DNA from: Gynurincola endophyticus
GTDB taxonomy: Bacteria; Bacteroidota; Bacteroidia; Chitinophagales; Chitinophagaceae
DNA length: 64,000 nt
Reading direction: 5' to 3'
NCBI RefSeq assembly: GCF_003991195.1
Contig: NZ_RCWL01000005.1
Location: forward strand, 197,078 to 261,077
The notes below the pieces were generated by a model. The model saw only the letters and a list, made by a program, of their open reading frames with translations. It was not told the origin of the DNA and searched no databases. The position numbers and the translations under genes are program-made. Positions 39,626-50,811 of this stretch are shown here, in pieces (position 1 is the stretch's first letter; each line of letters begins with the position of its first letter).

Positions 39626-40153
39626 ATGTCTATTCAGTTATTAAATCCGACAGATGAACATTTTGAACTGATTGACGATTTGATACAGGCTGCATTTGAC
39701 AGAAAGGCGGAGGCCGAATTAGTTCGAAAATTAAGACTGAACTCAAATGTTTACGATCCGTTATTAGAGTATCTCATACTTTCGAATAACACACCTGTTG
39801 CACATATTCTATATACACATAATAGAATTATACAGGGAGATTTTGTTCATTCAGTTTTAGTAATGGCACCTGTTTCGGTACATCCTGCTTTTCAAAGACA
39901 AGGCATCGGAACGAGAATTATTACAGAAACTTTACAGGATCTTGCCGATCGTAATTATGAAGCGGTTCTGGTATTAGGTCATGCTGGTTTTTATCCACGA
40001 TTTGGATTTCAATCAAGTACTTTGTGGCAAATTGAAGCACCCTTTCCGGTACCGGAGGATGCATTCATGGCTTTAGAGTTGAGACCCGGATCATTAAGCA
40101 ATAAATCGGGTGTGTTACAATATGCAGAAGAGTTTTATTCTACCGTAGCGTAA
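39626..40153 (+). CDS. GNAT family N-acetyltransferase
   Basis: FQRQGIGTRII acetyl-CoA motif. Confidence 0.75.
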   Translation: MSIQLLNPTDEHFELIDDLIQAAFDRKAEAELVRKLRLNSNVYDPLLEYLILSNNTPVAHILYTHNRIIQGDFVHSVLVMAPVSVHPAFQRQGIGTRIITETLQDLADRNYEAVLVLGHAGFYPRFGFQSSTLWQIEAPFPVPEDAFMALELRPGSLSNKSGVLQYAEEFYSTVA

Positions 40154-40634
40154 ATAGTTGTAATAACAATAGTAAGCAGGCGAATGATGGTTTATGTAAC
40201 TATCGTAACAGTACTTGCCGGATATTCAAGAAATACGAATAGGATTGATGAACATTAAATAGTTCAAGTGAAACCTGATTTTAGGCTCCATGCATTAACA
40301 TCTTTGTATATATACGATAGTTACTGATATATTTGGTCAAAATGTGTTTCGATGCCGACCTATTATATCAATTCCAGACAACTGGTTTTTTCCAATAAAC
40401 ATGATGTACACATCAGAGCCTGTTATTTTTTTCCTACCGATTATGAATCTATAGGAGAATTCTTCCATTGTCAGCCCGCTTTAGAAAAAGCTACCAAACT
40501 CTTTCCCCGTTGGGAGGTGGTTCCCTGCCCGCACTGTTGCCAGGAATGTATTGGTACTTCTGAAAATTAAATGTTCCTGAACATTGTTTACATTTGATGT
40601 GAAAACTTTAGTTTATATCAAATTAGATTATTTC

Positions 40635-41102
40635 ATGATGGAGATCGTACAGCTACCTGCAACTACTGTTGCTGTTATACCTGTTTCCTGTGGTTTTGAA
40701 GAGTTATCTGTATTGGTGCCGCCGGTTTTTCAAAAATTAAGTGCTCCCGATTATCTAAGTGGGCTAAAGAAAAACCCTCTCGAACTCATTTGTATTACCA
40801 AAGATATTCAAGAGGGAATATTTAACGAGGGTGTCGGCTTTTTGTTGAATGATTCAGCAACTTTACCGGTTGATATGGAGTTATGGACTATTCCTGCCGG
40901 AAGATTTGTTAAATACCGCCATGAAGGTTTAGATACGCCTGCTTCGTTTCATAAAATCTTTGTATGGATGAAGCAGCATCAGCTGGAGTTTACTCCCGAT
41001 CATAATGATCATCCGCATTTTGAAATCTACGATTTAACCAGCCATCAGGCCGATTATTTCGTATTTGATATATATGTAAGGATATTAGAAGTAACCGGTT
41101 AA
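40635..41102 (+). CDS. GyrI-like small-molecule-binding domain protein (start taken at MMEIVQ)
   Basis: ~155 aa; GyrI-like pattern; listed ORF begins 40584. Confidence 0.45.
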   Translation: MMEIVQLPATTVAVIPVSCGFEELSVLVPPVFQKLSAPDYLSGLKKNPLELICITKDIQEGIFNEGVGFLLNDSATLPVDMELWTIPAGRFVKYRHEGLDTPASFHKIFVWMKQHQLEFTPDHNDHPHFEIYDLTSHQADYFVFDIYVRILEVTG

Positions 41103-43690
41103 AGCGCAAAGTTCAATTTTAATAATCCCATCATTCCCCTCAGTTCATACACTGCGTGGTTTTGTACAATGGAATTTAGTGAATAGGTTTCGAATCTGCG
41201 AACATTTGTAAGATTATAAAGCATCAGTTCCAGTTCATATTTTTTATTCATTTTGTAACGAACAGATGCGTCCAGGAAATGATAGTTCCAGTTCATCTGG
41301 TTGCTTTGTTGCACATGGTGAAACTTCCATGACATGCTTGCCATAATTTTTCCCAGCGCAATGTAGCTTAATCTTGTATCCAAACGGTTTGCAGTAAAAT
41401 TGGTAGCCGGAATTTTGTCATTCAATTCCCGTAATTTATTGCTGCTGTTTTGATGTGTCCAGGAACTGGTGAGTGTAGTTTTTGATCCAAACTCCTGGGT
41501 TATTTTGAATTCTACATTGGATGTACGTTGTATATACGCATACAGGTCGTTATTTAAAAACTGATTATAGAAAGCCCAGTTTGATTTTAAATTCAGATTA
41601 ATATTAGTTTTTGTGCTATGTACAATTTTACTTGTGCCTGCACGAGCTTCCCAGTTGTCTACTTTATTATCCATAGGAATTGTAAAGTTTTCAATTCCAT
41701 TTTCAGTAAGTCTGGATGAAATGATAAAATTGGCCGTTTGAGAAAAATAAGTACCACCGGCATTCAGATAAAATAAACTCATCGCTTCAGAGAATTTCCA
41801 GTCTAATATACCCATGTAAGCATTTTTATAGTTTAACGAGTTAAGCTTTTGCTCCATTGTTCTGTAATTGGTCAGAATAGGACTTCTGTACATGGTATTG
41901 ATTCCTTCGAATCGCTTATTAAAGGCGCCTGTTAGTTGTATGTAATGATGATCATGGAAACTGTATTTTGCAAAGGCTCTCGGTTCGGCATACCATCTGT
42001 TTTCATTGTTGCTGTAACTGGCAATAGTATCTGTCAGGTTCCAGTTGCCATAGTTAAACGGTATTCCTATACTGAATTGCCATTTATCTTTTTTATAGAA
42101 CAAATTGGGTTTTAATGAAGCTCTTTGTTCTCTCCATCTGAATTGGTTTAACCAAAGTGCATTAAACGTATTCTCATAATTTCCAAGTAATGAATGAAGG
42201 TTTTGATTCGTATATGTATAATCTCCACCTAATGAAAGATTAAAGTTTCCCACTTTCTTCATTAGAGATGCATTCACCGTGGTGTTCCAGTTCGGCAACT
42301 TCACAGATTGCTGAAGGTCTGCATTACTTAATTGTTCAATGGCAATATTCGGTGAAACGAATAGATCTTCCGTACCCTGGATGCTATTAAATTTCCAGCC
42401 GAAGTTCAGGGTATAACCTTTTTTCAGTGATTTATTGTACTCAAGGTTATTCGATAAATGCATATGACGGTTACTGTATTTCTGATCAACAGGCTGATCG
42501 TTCAATAAACTGTTAGAGGTTAAATGATGCTGCCGGTATAAAAACTGAGTTTTGTTTCTGAAGAAATGTGTAAACTCATTTGATTCAATAGTGGCACCAA
42601 TATTTGCTGCTAAAGGTTTGCTTCTGAATGATTGTTGTTCTGTATAAGTGTAACTATCATTTTCAAGCAGGTATTTTTGTTGATTCTGACTTCCGAATAT
42701 TTCTTTATCGGCAAAGAAACCTCCCTGAAGATTAAAGTCATATTTCTTTAAAAGTTTCTTTGAAAAAGCAGTTGAATTGGCCCACGACTGGTTATTGTAA
42801 TAGCGATTCTTATCAATGGAAGGGGTACTGGCTGTAGAACCGTTAATCATATTGGTGAAAGTGTTCTCAGGTGCGATGTCTTTTCCGATATTATTGAAAC
42901 TGGTACTGCTGATGAATTTGAAACGTTGATTAAAAGCGGTTAAGTCAGACTTTACATCGTAGAGTTTTGGATAACCAACCCCTAATTGGTGTAAACTGGT
43001 AAGCTTAACCGGAAGATTTTCTTTCAACCTTAAATTCACTGCAAGTTCTTCACTTTCCGTTTTTCCTTTCATCATTTTTTTATCATGATAATCGCTGATT
43101 ACTTCCAGATCTTTTACCTGATCTTTACGAATAGCGTCACCTCCGAGTTTAGTATTGTTGCCCAGTATTTTGTCGCCTTCTACCAGCAAGTTGTTTACTC
43201 TTTGACCATTGTAAAATATTTTACCGTCATCAGTATATTGCATTCCCGGCATCCTGTTCATCACATCTCCGATACTTCTGTCTTCCTCTTTGGCAAAAGA
43301 GCTTACATTGTAACTCATGGTATCACCTTTTTGTTTTACCATTGGCCGGCTTTTAACCACTACCTGATCAAGCAGGCTTTTATTTTCTTCAAGTTCTATT
43401 TTGTAATCTTTTTTACTCCAGTCTATGGTAACCTGTTTTTTTTGATAACTAATATGTTGAATCTGCAAATATCTGGCAGTTTTTTTAAGGCTGTCAGATA
43501 CGGGTATAGAAAACCTTCCCTGATCTGAACTGGAAACGGTTTTAATTACCTGCAGCTCTTCATTGAGCAGGTTGATGGTGGCAAAAGAGATCGCACTCCC
43601 TGTTTTATTGACAATGGAGCCTTCTATATTTTGAGAAAAAAGTGCAAAGGGGCCTAATAAAATGCAAATCAGCAGTATATTTATTTTCAT
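41099..43690 (-). CDS. Outer-membrane beta-barrel / TonB-dependent-receptor-like protein with N-terminal carboxypeptidase-regulatory-like domain
   Basis: Signal peptide; CarbopepD_reg-like GSIVNKTGSAISFATINLL; plug-like segment; long beta-rich region. Confidence 0.7.
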   Translation of the reverse strand: MKINILLICILLGPFALFSQNIEGSIVNKTGSAISFATINLLNEELQVIKTVSSSDQGRFSIPVSDSLKKTARYLQIQHISYQKKQVTIDWSKKDYKIELEENKSLLDQVVVKSRPMVKQKGDTMSYNVSSFAKEEDRSIGDVMNRMPGMQYTDDGKIFYNGQRVNNLLVEGDKILGNNTKLGGDAIRKDQVKDLEVISDYHDKKMMKGKTESEELAVNLRLKENLPVKLTSLHQLGVGYPKLYDVKSDLTAFNQRFKFISSTSFNNIGKDIAPENTFTNMINGSTASTPSIDKNRYYNNQSWANSTAFSKKLLKKYDFNLQGGFFADKEIFGSQNQQKYLLENDSYTYTEQQSFRSKPLAANIGATIESNEFTHFFRNKTQFLYRQHHLTSNSLLNDQPVDQKYSNRHMHLSNNLEYNKSLKKGYTLNFGWKFNSIQGTEDLFVSPNIAIEQLSNADLQQSVKLPNWNTTVNASLMKKVGNFNLSLGGDYTYTNQNLHSLLGNYENTFNALWLNQFRWREQRASLKPNLFYKKDKWQFSIGIPFNYGNWNLTDTIASYSNNENRWYAEPRAFAKYSFHDHHYIQLTGAFNKRFEGINTMYRSPILTNYRTMEQKLNSLNYKNAYMGILDWKFSEAMSLFYLNAGGTYFSQTANFIISSRLTENGIENFTIPMDNKVDNWEARAGTSKIVHSTKTNINLNLKSNWAFYNQFLNNDLYAYIQRTSNVEFKITQEFGSKTTLTSSWTHQNSSNKLRELNDKIPATNFTANRLDTRLSYIALGKIMASMSWKFHHVQQSNQMNWNYHFLDASVRYKMNKKYELELMLYNLTNVRRFETYSLNSIVQNHAVYELRGMMGLLKLNFAL

Positions 43691-43699
43691 TGCTATAGA

Positions 43700-44560
43700 T
43701 TAAAGTTCTATCCGGTTATTGTTTCTTTTTTTGTCTTCTTCCGCACTTTGTTTCATTATTGCCTTCATCTCGTCTATTGAAATTTCACGACTGTCGCCGC
43801 CGTTTGGACTACTAATCATGATTTTAGAGTTAGGATTACCGCTGGTTAAACTTTCCAGGTAAGCGCCGGTATTATCCTGAAACTTTTCCTTGGTGGTTAA
43901 AAAAATCTTATAACTAACTGTTTTGGGAGTACCCTGGAAAATAGTTAAAGGACGCGGTTCGTCAAACATGTCGAATCCTTCATAGGTGATCGAAATGTCA
44001 CCGCTTTTGTCGGTTACTTCAAGTACTAATCCCGGAAGGCCGGTGAATTTCCACGGACCGGTTGTGAATGGGAGCTCTTCCGTAAACCATACTTCATAAT
44101 CACGCCCTTTCCAACTGATGGTGGCTTTCTTCGATTCATATCCACCAATTTCTTTCTTTTCTTCTGTTATATTCCATTTTGTAGGACGTTCATCTACTAA
44201 AGCTGTGAACTCTGAACCGAATTGTCCTAAAGCCATTAATTCATTAGACTTAAACTTGTAATAAAATGGTTCAACTATAGGACTACTGCCTGAAACAAAT
44301 GCCATGCTTCTGCTGGTTACTATAGATGAATTTCCTTTATTTGGTGTAGGTTCTTTTTCTTTGGGAAGTATAAGCGTATAAAGACTAAATTCCTTACCAA
44401 TAACGGTATAAATATTTGTTTCATAAAAGTTCGTTTTGTTGGTAGTGTCATTTACAAACTTTATATGATATTTTACATAAGCCAAACCATTTTCTACGGT
44501 TTGCGCTTTTAGTGAGTATATACAGAACAAAGCTGATGTTAGTAAAGCGATTCTTTTCAT
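43700..44560 (-). CDS. GLPGLI family protein (Bacteroidota-specific), paralog A
   Basis: Signal peptide; TGPWKFTGLPGLVLEV signature. Confidence 0.7.
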   Translation of the reverse strand: MKRIALLTSALFCIYSLKAQTVENGLAYVKYHIKFVNDTTNKTNFYETNIYTVIGKEFSLYTLILPKEKEPTPNKGNSSIVTSRSMAFVSGSSPIVEPFYYKFKSNELMALGQFGSEFTALVDERPTKWNITEEKKEIGGYESKKATISWKGRDYEVWFTEELPFTTGPWKFTGLPGLVLEVTDKSGDISITYEGFDMFDEPRPLTIFQGTPKTVSYKIFLTTKEKFQDNTGAYLESLTSGNPNSKIMISSPNGGDSREISIDEMKAIMKQSAEEDKKRNNNRIEL

Positions 44561-44932
44561 GACCTATCTTTTTACAAAATGACACAAAATGGAGTTACTA
44601 ACTTTATTTCAAGTGTTAATTAGTGTTGCAGTTTTTGAATAATGTTAAAAACTGTTACAAATTGTGAAATTGTGTTACAGACTCTTTTGGTTCAGAATAC
44701 TTACGCAGGTATGCTTAACTGTAAGTGTTCTGACAGTTGAATAACTTTTGTTGTTGTTCTAAAACAGGGTAGTTTTTTAAGGTTGGATTTTTATCAGTTG
44801 CCGGATGATTGGCAGTAAACAAGAGGACCATTGCTTTTTGTTAGCAATGGTACCTTCTATGTTTTGAGAAAACAAGCTGCCCGAAAGCAGAAGAATATGA
44901 ACAGCAAACAGGCTTGTTTTCATGGCTATATC

Positions 44933-45787
44933 TTAGAATTCTACGGGGTTATTATTTCTTTTTTTACCATCTTCCGCACTTTTCTTCATCATTGCCTTCA
45001 TCTCGTCAATAGACATTTCCTGGCCGTCTTTACCTTTGATGGTAATTTTTGCCCCCGGATTGCTGTTCAGCATATTGTCCAGATGACTGCCGGCATTATC
45101 CTGAAACTGTTTACGTGTTTTTACAAAATCTGTATAGCTTACCAGCTTCGGAGTACTGTAGTATAGCGTGAAAGGACGTGGTTCGTCAAATTTGTCGAAT
45201 CCTGCATATTCTATATGAATATCACCACTTTTATCTTTTACTTCTAATACTAATCCCGGAAGGCCCACAAATTTCCATGGTCCGGTAGCGAAAGGAATCT
45301 CTTTGGTAAACCAAACTTCATAGTCTCTTCCCTTCCAGTGAATAGTTGCTTTCTGTGCATCATAGCCACCGATTTCTTTTGTTTCTTCGGTAATGTTCCA
45401 TTTGGTAGGTACCTGGTCAACAATAGCCATAAAGTCAGAACCGAATCTGCCTATAGAGATTAATTCATTCGACGGAAATTTGTAAAAGAACGGTTCCATG
45501 ATAGGTGGTGCTCCGGCAGCGTAAGAAACATTGCTGGTTACTCTGACCGTACCACCGCTGGATAGATTTGTTTCCGGTGCAGGCGGCTCAGGAAGACGCA
45601 TGGTATAAACACTGTATTCCTTACCGATTACTGTGTATATATCAGTTTCAAAATATTTTGCTCTGTTATTGGTGTCGTTCGCAAATTTGATATGATATTT
45701 TACATAGGCCAGACCCGGTTCTGTAACCTGAGCCTGTAGGGTGGTTATACCGAATAATACTGCTGCAATTAGAACAATCTTTTTCAT
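44933..45787 (-). CDS. GLPGLI family protein, paralog B
   Basis: TGPWKFVGLPGLVLEV; ~70% identical to paralog A. Confidence 0.7.
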   Translation of the reverse strand: MKKIVLIAAVLFGITTLQAQVTEPGLAYVKYHIKFANDTNNRAKYFETDIYTVIGKEYSVYTMRLPEPPAPETNLSSGGTVRVTSNVSYAAGAPPIMEPFFYKFPSNELISIGRFGSDFMAIVDQVPTKWNITEETKEIGGYDAQKATIHWKGRDYEVWFTKEIPFATGPWKFVGLPGLVLEVKDKSGDIHIEYAGFDKFDEPRPFTLYYSTPKLVSYTDFVKTRKQFQDNAGSHLDNMLNSNPGAKITIKGKDGQEMSIDEMKAMMKKSAEDGKKRNNNPVEF

Positions 45788-45946
45788 GAATCTTATTTTT
45801 TACAAAAAGAAAGAAATCCGCTAAGCCCGCTGAATTTCAAGTGTTAATTAGTGTTACTATTTTTCTACAGTGTTAAAAAGTGTTACAAATTGTGAAATTG
45901 TGTTATAGTGTTCTGTTCTTTTGTAGTTAAGTCATAGATTTGACAG

Positions 45947-47554
45947 ATGAAAAAGGGTAATGACTTAAAACGTATCTATCTGCTGATAGGCGCCGTACTG
46001 GTGCTTCTATTGGTATATCAGGGATACCTCCTGAACCGTCAGTACCAGCTTTTGAAAGCGAAAGTGTATGAGGTCGTGTTGAATAATTTCAATGATTTGA
46101 ACGCTCAGTACAGCGAGATGCAGCGAACCAGATTTTTCAGAACCGCCGGTACTACTAACCTGACTTTTGGAGAAGTGAAAGGAACCGGTAAAATAAATAC
46201 TAAAACAAATATTACCATCAGAGGCATCACCAGCCCGGATACTATAAGAAAGATTTCTGCCGATAGTCTGAAGATCATTGGTACCAAATCTACTGCCAGG
46301 ATTAGTTTTGATTATAAGTATGACTCCGTAGCAAAGCCGGATTCAGTTATTAATCTGGTATTGAATAAAAGTAATCCTGATATTAATTTGGACGGGCTAG
46401 ACCCGCAACGGATAAAAAGCGTACATGTAAATAAGAACGTAAATAAAGACACCCCAAAGTGCGATACCTGTAGTGATAAAGGATCTGACAGAGACATCGT
46501 AATTCAGATTGTATATGATGATGAAGACTACCGTGATAAAATGAAGCGAATATATAAAAGTCTTGATACGGTACTTGAGAAACTATACACACCATATGAA
46601 GAAATTTTTGAGTATCAGTATGGAGTAGGAAATGTAAATGAAGATTCGGTGGTGTATTATAGTGGTGATTTTGTAGAGAGCGTTGATGATTACTTTTTTA
46701 AAAGAGAACTAGGTCAATCTGAGCCCGTCATCTTCTACCTGAATACTACCATGAAGTCGGGCTACTGGGCTAAACATATTCTGTTCGGTATATTTATTTC
46801 ATTGTCAGTAGTGGCGGCATTGGTTTTATTGTTTTATCAGTTATTCAGAATTATCAATAAACAAAAAAGGTTAGACTCGATGAAAACCGATTTCATCAAT
46901 AACATGACACATGAATTCAAGACGCCGATTGCTACCGTATCACTGGCACTTGAATCGATTCAAAATTTCGGTGTGCGCGACCAGCCTGAAAAAATGGATG
47001 AATATCTTGATATCGCACAAGGTGAGCTGAAGAAAGTTAACAGAATGATTGAGCAGGTGTTGAATATTTCGAAAGAAACTACTTTCAAGCTGAAACTGAC
47101 ACCCACTCATTTACCTGAACTCATCGGCAAATCGATCGATCAGATGAAAACATTGGGTAAAGCACATAATGCTCATTTTGATCTGCAGGTGGAGAATGAT
47201 ATACCAATGATCAATGTAGACCAATTCCATCTGAACAATGTATTTGTGAATTTGATTGACAATAGTTTTAAATACAAATCTGGTGATCCGGAAATAAGAA
47301 TAAGAGTAACTAAAAACGAATCAAATGTTGTTATCACTTTCCGTGATAACGGACGAGGCATCAGTGAACAATATTTACCTTATATTTTTGATACGTTTTT
47401 CCGTGTTCCTTCCGGCAATGTACATAATGTGAAAGGTTTTGGCGTGGGTTTGAGTTATGTTTCTAAAATAATAGCAAACCACCAGGGAACTATATCCGTA
47501 GAAAGTGAACCCGATTCTTTTACTGAATTTACAATTACTCTACCTATTCTTTAA
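45947..47554 (+). CDS. Sensor histidine kinase (HisKA + HATPase_c)
   Basis: TM helices; H-box MTHEFKTPIATV; N/G boxes IDNSFKY, GFGVGLSYV. Confidence 0.85.
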   Translation: MKKGNDLKRIYLLIGAVLVLLLVYQGYLLNRQYQLLKAKVYEVVLNNFNDLNAQYSEMQRTRFFRTAGTTNLTFGEVKGTGKINTKTNITIRGITSPDTIRKISADSLKIIGTKSTARISFDYKYDSVAKPDSVINLVLNKSNPDINLDGLDPQRIKSVHVNKNVNKDTPKCDTCSDKGSDRDIVIQIVYDDEDYRDKMKRIYKSLDTVLEKLYTPYEEIFEYQYGVGNVNEDSVVYYSGDFVESVDDYFFKRELGQSEPVIFYLNTTMKSGYWAKHILFGIFISLSVVAALVLLFYQLFRIINKQKRLDSMKTDFINNMTHEFKTPIATVSLALESIQNFGVRDQPEKMDEYLDIAQGELKKVNRMIEQVLNISKETTFKLKLTPTHLPELIGKSIDQMKTLGKAHNAHFDLQVENDIPMINVDQFHLNNVFVNLIDNSFKYKSGDPEIRIRVTKNESNVVITFRDNGRGISEQYLPYIFDTFFRVPSGNVHNVKGFGVGLSYVSKIIANHQGTISVESEPDSFTEFTITLPIL

Positions 47555-47556
47555 AT

Positions 47557-48243
47557 ATGAAAATATACGTATTACTGGCAGAAGATGAACCTTTGTTGGG
47601 GAAAATCATAAAAGAAACGCTTGAAAGCAGAGACTTTTTGGTGGAATGGACAATTGATGGTGTGAAAGCATTTTCAAAGTTCAAAAACCAAAAATTTGAT
47701 ATCTGTGTGCTCGATGTAATGATGCCCCTGAAAGACGGATTTTCATTGGCAAAAGAGATAAGGGCTGTTAATAAAGACATACCGATTCTTTTTTTAACGG
47801 CTAAATCTACTACAGAAGATGTGATTGAAGGTTTTAATGCCGGCGCAAATGATTATCTGAAGAAGCCGTTCAGTATGGAGGAGCTGATCATCAGAATGCG
47901 TCACCTCACTAAAAATTTAAGCTATCAGGAAATTCCGGAAACAGAAACTGTTGTACTAGGCGAGTACTCTTTTAATTTCAAAAAACAAACCTTATTAATA
48001 AAAGGCGAAACCATTGAACTTTCTTATAAAGAAGCGATGCTGTTAAAAATGCTTTATGAAAATAAAAATGATGTATTAGACAGAACCATTGCGCTTGAAT
48101 TAATATGGGGAACAGCATCTATGTTTAATGCCCGGAGTATGGACGTATATATTACTAAACTCAGAAAATATCTGAACGAAGACCCGCAAATAAAAATTAT
48201 CAATATCAGAGGAATAGGCTATAAACTTTTAATTGAAAGTTAA
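47557..48243 (+). CDS. Response regulator, OmpR/PhoB winged-helix family
   Basis: REC (LLAEDEP...VLDVMMP) + winged helix (ARSMDVYITKLRKYL). Confidence 0.9.
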   Translation: MKIYVLLAEDEPLLGKIIKETLESRDFLVEWTIDGVKAFSKFKNQKFDICVLDVMMPLKDGFSLAKEIRAVNKDIPILFLTAKSTTEDVIEGFNAGANDYLKKPFSMEELIIRMRHLTKNLSYQEIPETETVVLGEYSFNFKKQTLLIKGETIELSYKEAMLLKMLYENKNDVLDRTIALELIWGTASMFNARSMDVYITKLRKYLNEDPQIKIINIRGIGYKLLIES

Positions 48244-48311
48244 ACCTGTTTTTTACTTTTCATTTACATTTCTCAATTTCCAATTCCGGAATTATTTAAT
48301 TAATTTCAAGT

Positions 48312-48983
48312 ATGAATTGGGAACATTTAGATAATCCGGTATGGTACGCGTTATGGGATGTACAAGATCAACAGGCTGCATTATTTCCGCACTTGCAGGC
48401 CTATTTACCTGAGTATGCAGACTTCGCGGCATCTTTGTATCCCAACAAAATTGCGAATTCATTGGAAATTTATTCCCAGTTAAGTCCTCATTTTTACTTT
48501 GTCGGAGACAAGCCTTCACTCCCCAAAAGTTTATCTATTAAAAAAGAACTTCCATGTGATCAGATGGTGTGGAAAGGTGCTCAGCCATTTGATAATATTG
48601 ATCCGGTAGTTACTTTGTTAAATGATTCAAATCGTAAAGAAATTGTTGAGCTGATCAGCCTTGTTCAACCGGGTTACATAAAAGAACAAACCCCCGATCT
48701 GGGAAATTATTATGGAATTTTTGATCAGGGTAAATTAGTTTCGGTAGGCGGTCAACGGATGCAGACGAATAACTTCATAGAGGTGAGCGGATGTGTAACA
48801 CATCCGGATTATCAGAAGCGCGGATTACAACGTAAAATTATTCAGGCAGTGGTAAATGATATTCTGCTAAAAGATAAAATTCCTTTTTTGCACGTTTTGT
48901 CGGCTAATACCGGCGCTATAGAATTATACAGGCAATCGGGGTTTGAGTTCAGAAGGCAAATCAGCTTTTGGGAGATTCAGTAA
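48312..48983 (+). CDS. GNAT family acetyltransferase (C-terminal GNAT fold)
   Basis: HPDYQKRGLQRKII motif. Confidence 0.55.
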   Translation: MNWEHLDNPVWYALWDVQDQQAALFPHLQAYLPEYADFAASLYPNKIANSLEIYSQLSPHFYFVGDKPSLPKSLSIKKELPCDQMVWKGAQPFDNIDPVVTLLNDSNRKEIVELISLVQPGYIKEQTPDLGNYYGIFDQGKLVSVGGQRMQTNNFIEVSGCVTHPDYQKRGLQRKIIQAVVNDILLKDKIPFLHVLSANTGAIELYRQSGFEFRRQISFWEIQ

Positions 48984-50385
48984 TATTTCCGGCCAGCTCC
49001 GCTCCGTCCGTTTTCTTTAATCTCAGAAACAACAAACTCGATAATGCAGTAATGATACCCATGGTAAGAAATGTATCATGGAAAGGTTGTAGATTGGTGT
49101 AGCTTTCTACTCCTCTGATTTCTCTGAAAGTTGAAATAAGAAAAGCTCCTACGGAAATTCCTAAACTCATAGACAACTGTTGCATAACCATCAGAATACT
49201 ATTGCCTCCTGAAGCTGTTTGCTGGTCAAGGTCGGATAGTGATAATGTATTCATTGCAGTTAACTGTATTGAATTTACTGCACCGAAAATTACCAGTAAT
49301 GGAATCAGATTAGGCAGTGGGGTAGATGTATCAGTGAAAGAAAAGAGACTGATAACAACAGCTATAATAATCGTGTTTATTAAGAGTGTTTTTTTGTATC
49401 CGAGGAAACGTACAATCGGTACTACCCATTGTTTAATCAGTACTGCACTGAGTGCTACAGGTATCATCATCATGCCTGATACCATGGCGCTATGTTGTAA
49501 TCCGACCTGAAATAATAAAGGAAGCATCAAGGGCATTCCCCCTATGCCTAGCCGGGTAAGAAGATTTCCGAAAATACCTATCCTCAATGTTCGGATACGT
49601 ATCAGATGAAGATTGATAATCGGACTTTCTGTTCTTTTGTAATGCCAGTAGTATAAGTTCATTAATAAAAAACCTAATCCGATAATGGCGAGTAGCCACC
49701 ATTTGGCAATTACCTTTTCACTTCCCAACTCAATGCCGACGGTTAACAAAACCAGCGATCCGCCGAATAGCAACATACCCGAAAAGTCAAATTTCTTCTT
49801 TGCCTGTTTATAGTCTGGCATTACTTTCCTTGCCCATAAAACTCCTATTACACCAATGGGAATATTGATTAGAAAAATCCAGTGCCAGGAGGCAATATCT
49901 ACCAGCCAGCCTCCGAGGGTGGGCCCTACAATCGGCCCCACCAATCCGGGAATGGTGATAAAATTGATAACTGTTAAAAGTTTATCTTTTGAATAAGTAT
50001 AAAGAATGGCTAAACGTGATACGGGCACCATCATCGATCCACCCACTGCTTGTAAAATTCTGGAAGCAACCAGTTCGGGTAGTGTTTGCGAAACGGCACA
50101 GGCAAATGAACCTAATGTGAAAAGTGACATCGCCAGTATGAAAACTTTTTGCGATCCGAACCTGTCAGCTAACCAGCCGCTTAAAGGAATCAGTAGCGCC
50201 AATGTCAATGTATAACAAACAATAACAGATTGCATCGACAATGCGGAGCGGTTAAGATCTCTGGCAATAGAAGGTAAAGCTGTATTGAGAATAGTGGCAT
50301 CTAACGACTGCATGAACATTGCAAGCGCTGCAATCCAGGGTAGGTTTTTCTGAATCTTCTCATCGGGTAATGTAACACTGGTCAA
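48961..50385 (-). CDS. MFS transporter, DHA2/EmrB-like (14 TMS)
   Basis: MFS motif GWLADRFGSQKV; 14 predicted TM segments. Confidence 0.85.
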   Translation of the reverse strand: MTSVTLPDEKIQKNLPWIAALAMFMQSLDATILNTALPSIARDLNRSALSMQSVIVCYTLTLALLIPLSGWLADRFGSQKVFILAMSLFTLGSFACAVSQTLPELVASRILQAVGGSMMVPVSRLAILYTYSKDKLLTVINFITIPGLVGPIVGPTLGGWLVDIASWHWIFLINIPIGVIGVLWARKVMPDYKQAKKKFDFSGMLLFGGSLVLLTVGIELGSEKVIAKWWLLAIIGLGFLLMNLYYWHYKRTESPIINLHLIRIRTLRIGIFGNLLTRLGIGGMPLMLPLLFQVGLQHSAMVSGMMMIPVALSAVLIKQWVVPIVRFLGYKKTLLINTIIIAVVISLFSFTDTSTPLPNLIPLLVIFGAVNSIQLTAMNTLSLSDLDQQTASGGNSILMVMQQLSMSLGISVGAFLISTFREIRGVESYTNLQPFHDTFLTMGIITALSSLLFLRLKKTDGAELAGNITESPKS

Positions 50386-50593
50386 GATATATCATTTCAA
50401 AAGTGAATACAATTATTATTCCTCCGGCAACAACATCAGGTGTGTAGAAATGGGTGGAGGTACAAATATAAAAAACCCCCAATGATCCTGGGGGTTATTG
50501 ACTAAAACTTCTATTGATAATAGGAATCAAAATAAGTATTCAAATATAATTAAATTAGTTGTAATTTAAAATTATTTCTAATCGTAATTAATT

Positions 50594-50624
50594 TAAAAAA
50601 AACTCATCTTGAAACAAGATGAGT
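50594..50624 (-). terminator. Rho-independent terminator (minus strand)
   Basis: ctcatcttg-aaa-caagatgag preceded by A8 on + strand. Confidence 0.55.
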
Positions 50625-50811
50625 GGTGGATAAAGTTTAATGGCATTATTTAGAATAATAATAAACAAATGTTTCCGGTGCCCGTGCTTATTTAAATTTA
50701 AGCTAAACTGCTCAATAAAAATAGAATTGAATGAGGACAAAAGGCGGACATTTGATATTGTTTATTTATGAAATATAAAAAACATTAAAAGGCAGTGTTT
50801 TACGAAATGGT

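Noticed and set aside
40352-40570. 72-aa Cys-rich ORF in a 480-bp intergenic gap
   Set aside because: No start context or conservation features. Most likely non-coding leader of the GyrI-like gene. Not called.
44831-45166. 111-aa + strand ORF overlapping the GLPGLI paralog B gene
   Set aside because: It is antisense to a well-supported gene and has a hydrophobic, low-complexity translation. Spurious.
50386-50811. Possible small RNA in the long AT-rich intergenic region with two minus-strand terminator hairpins
   Set aside because: The hairpins are adequately explained as tandem terminators for the convergent or co-directional flanking genes. There is no promoter-like or conserved structured segment between them that I can support.
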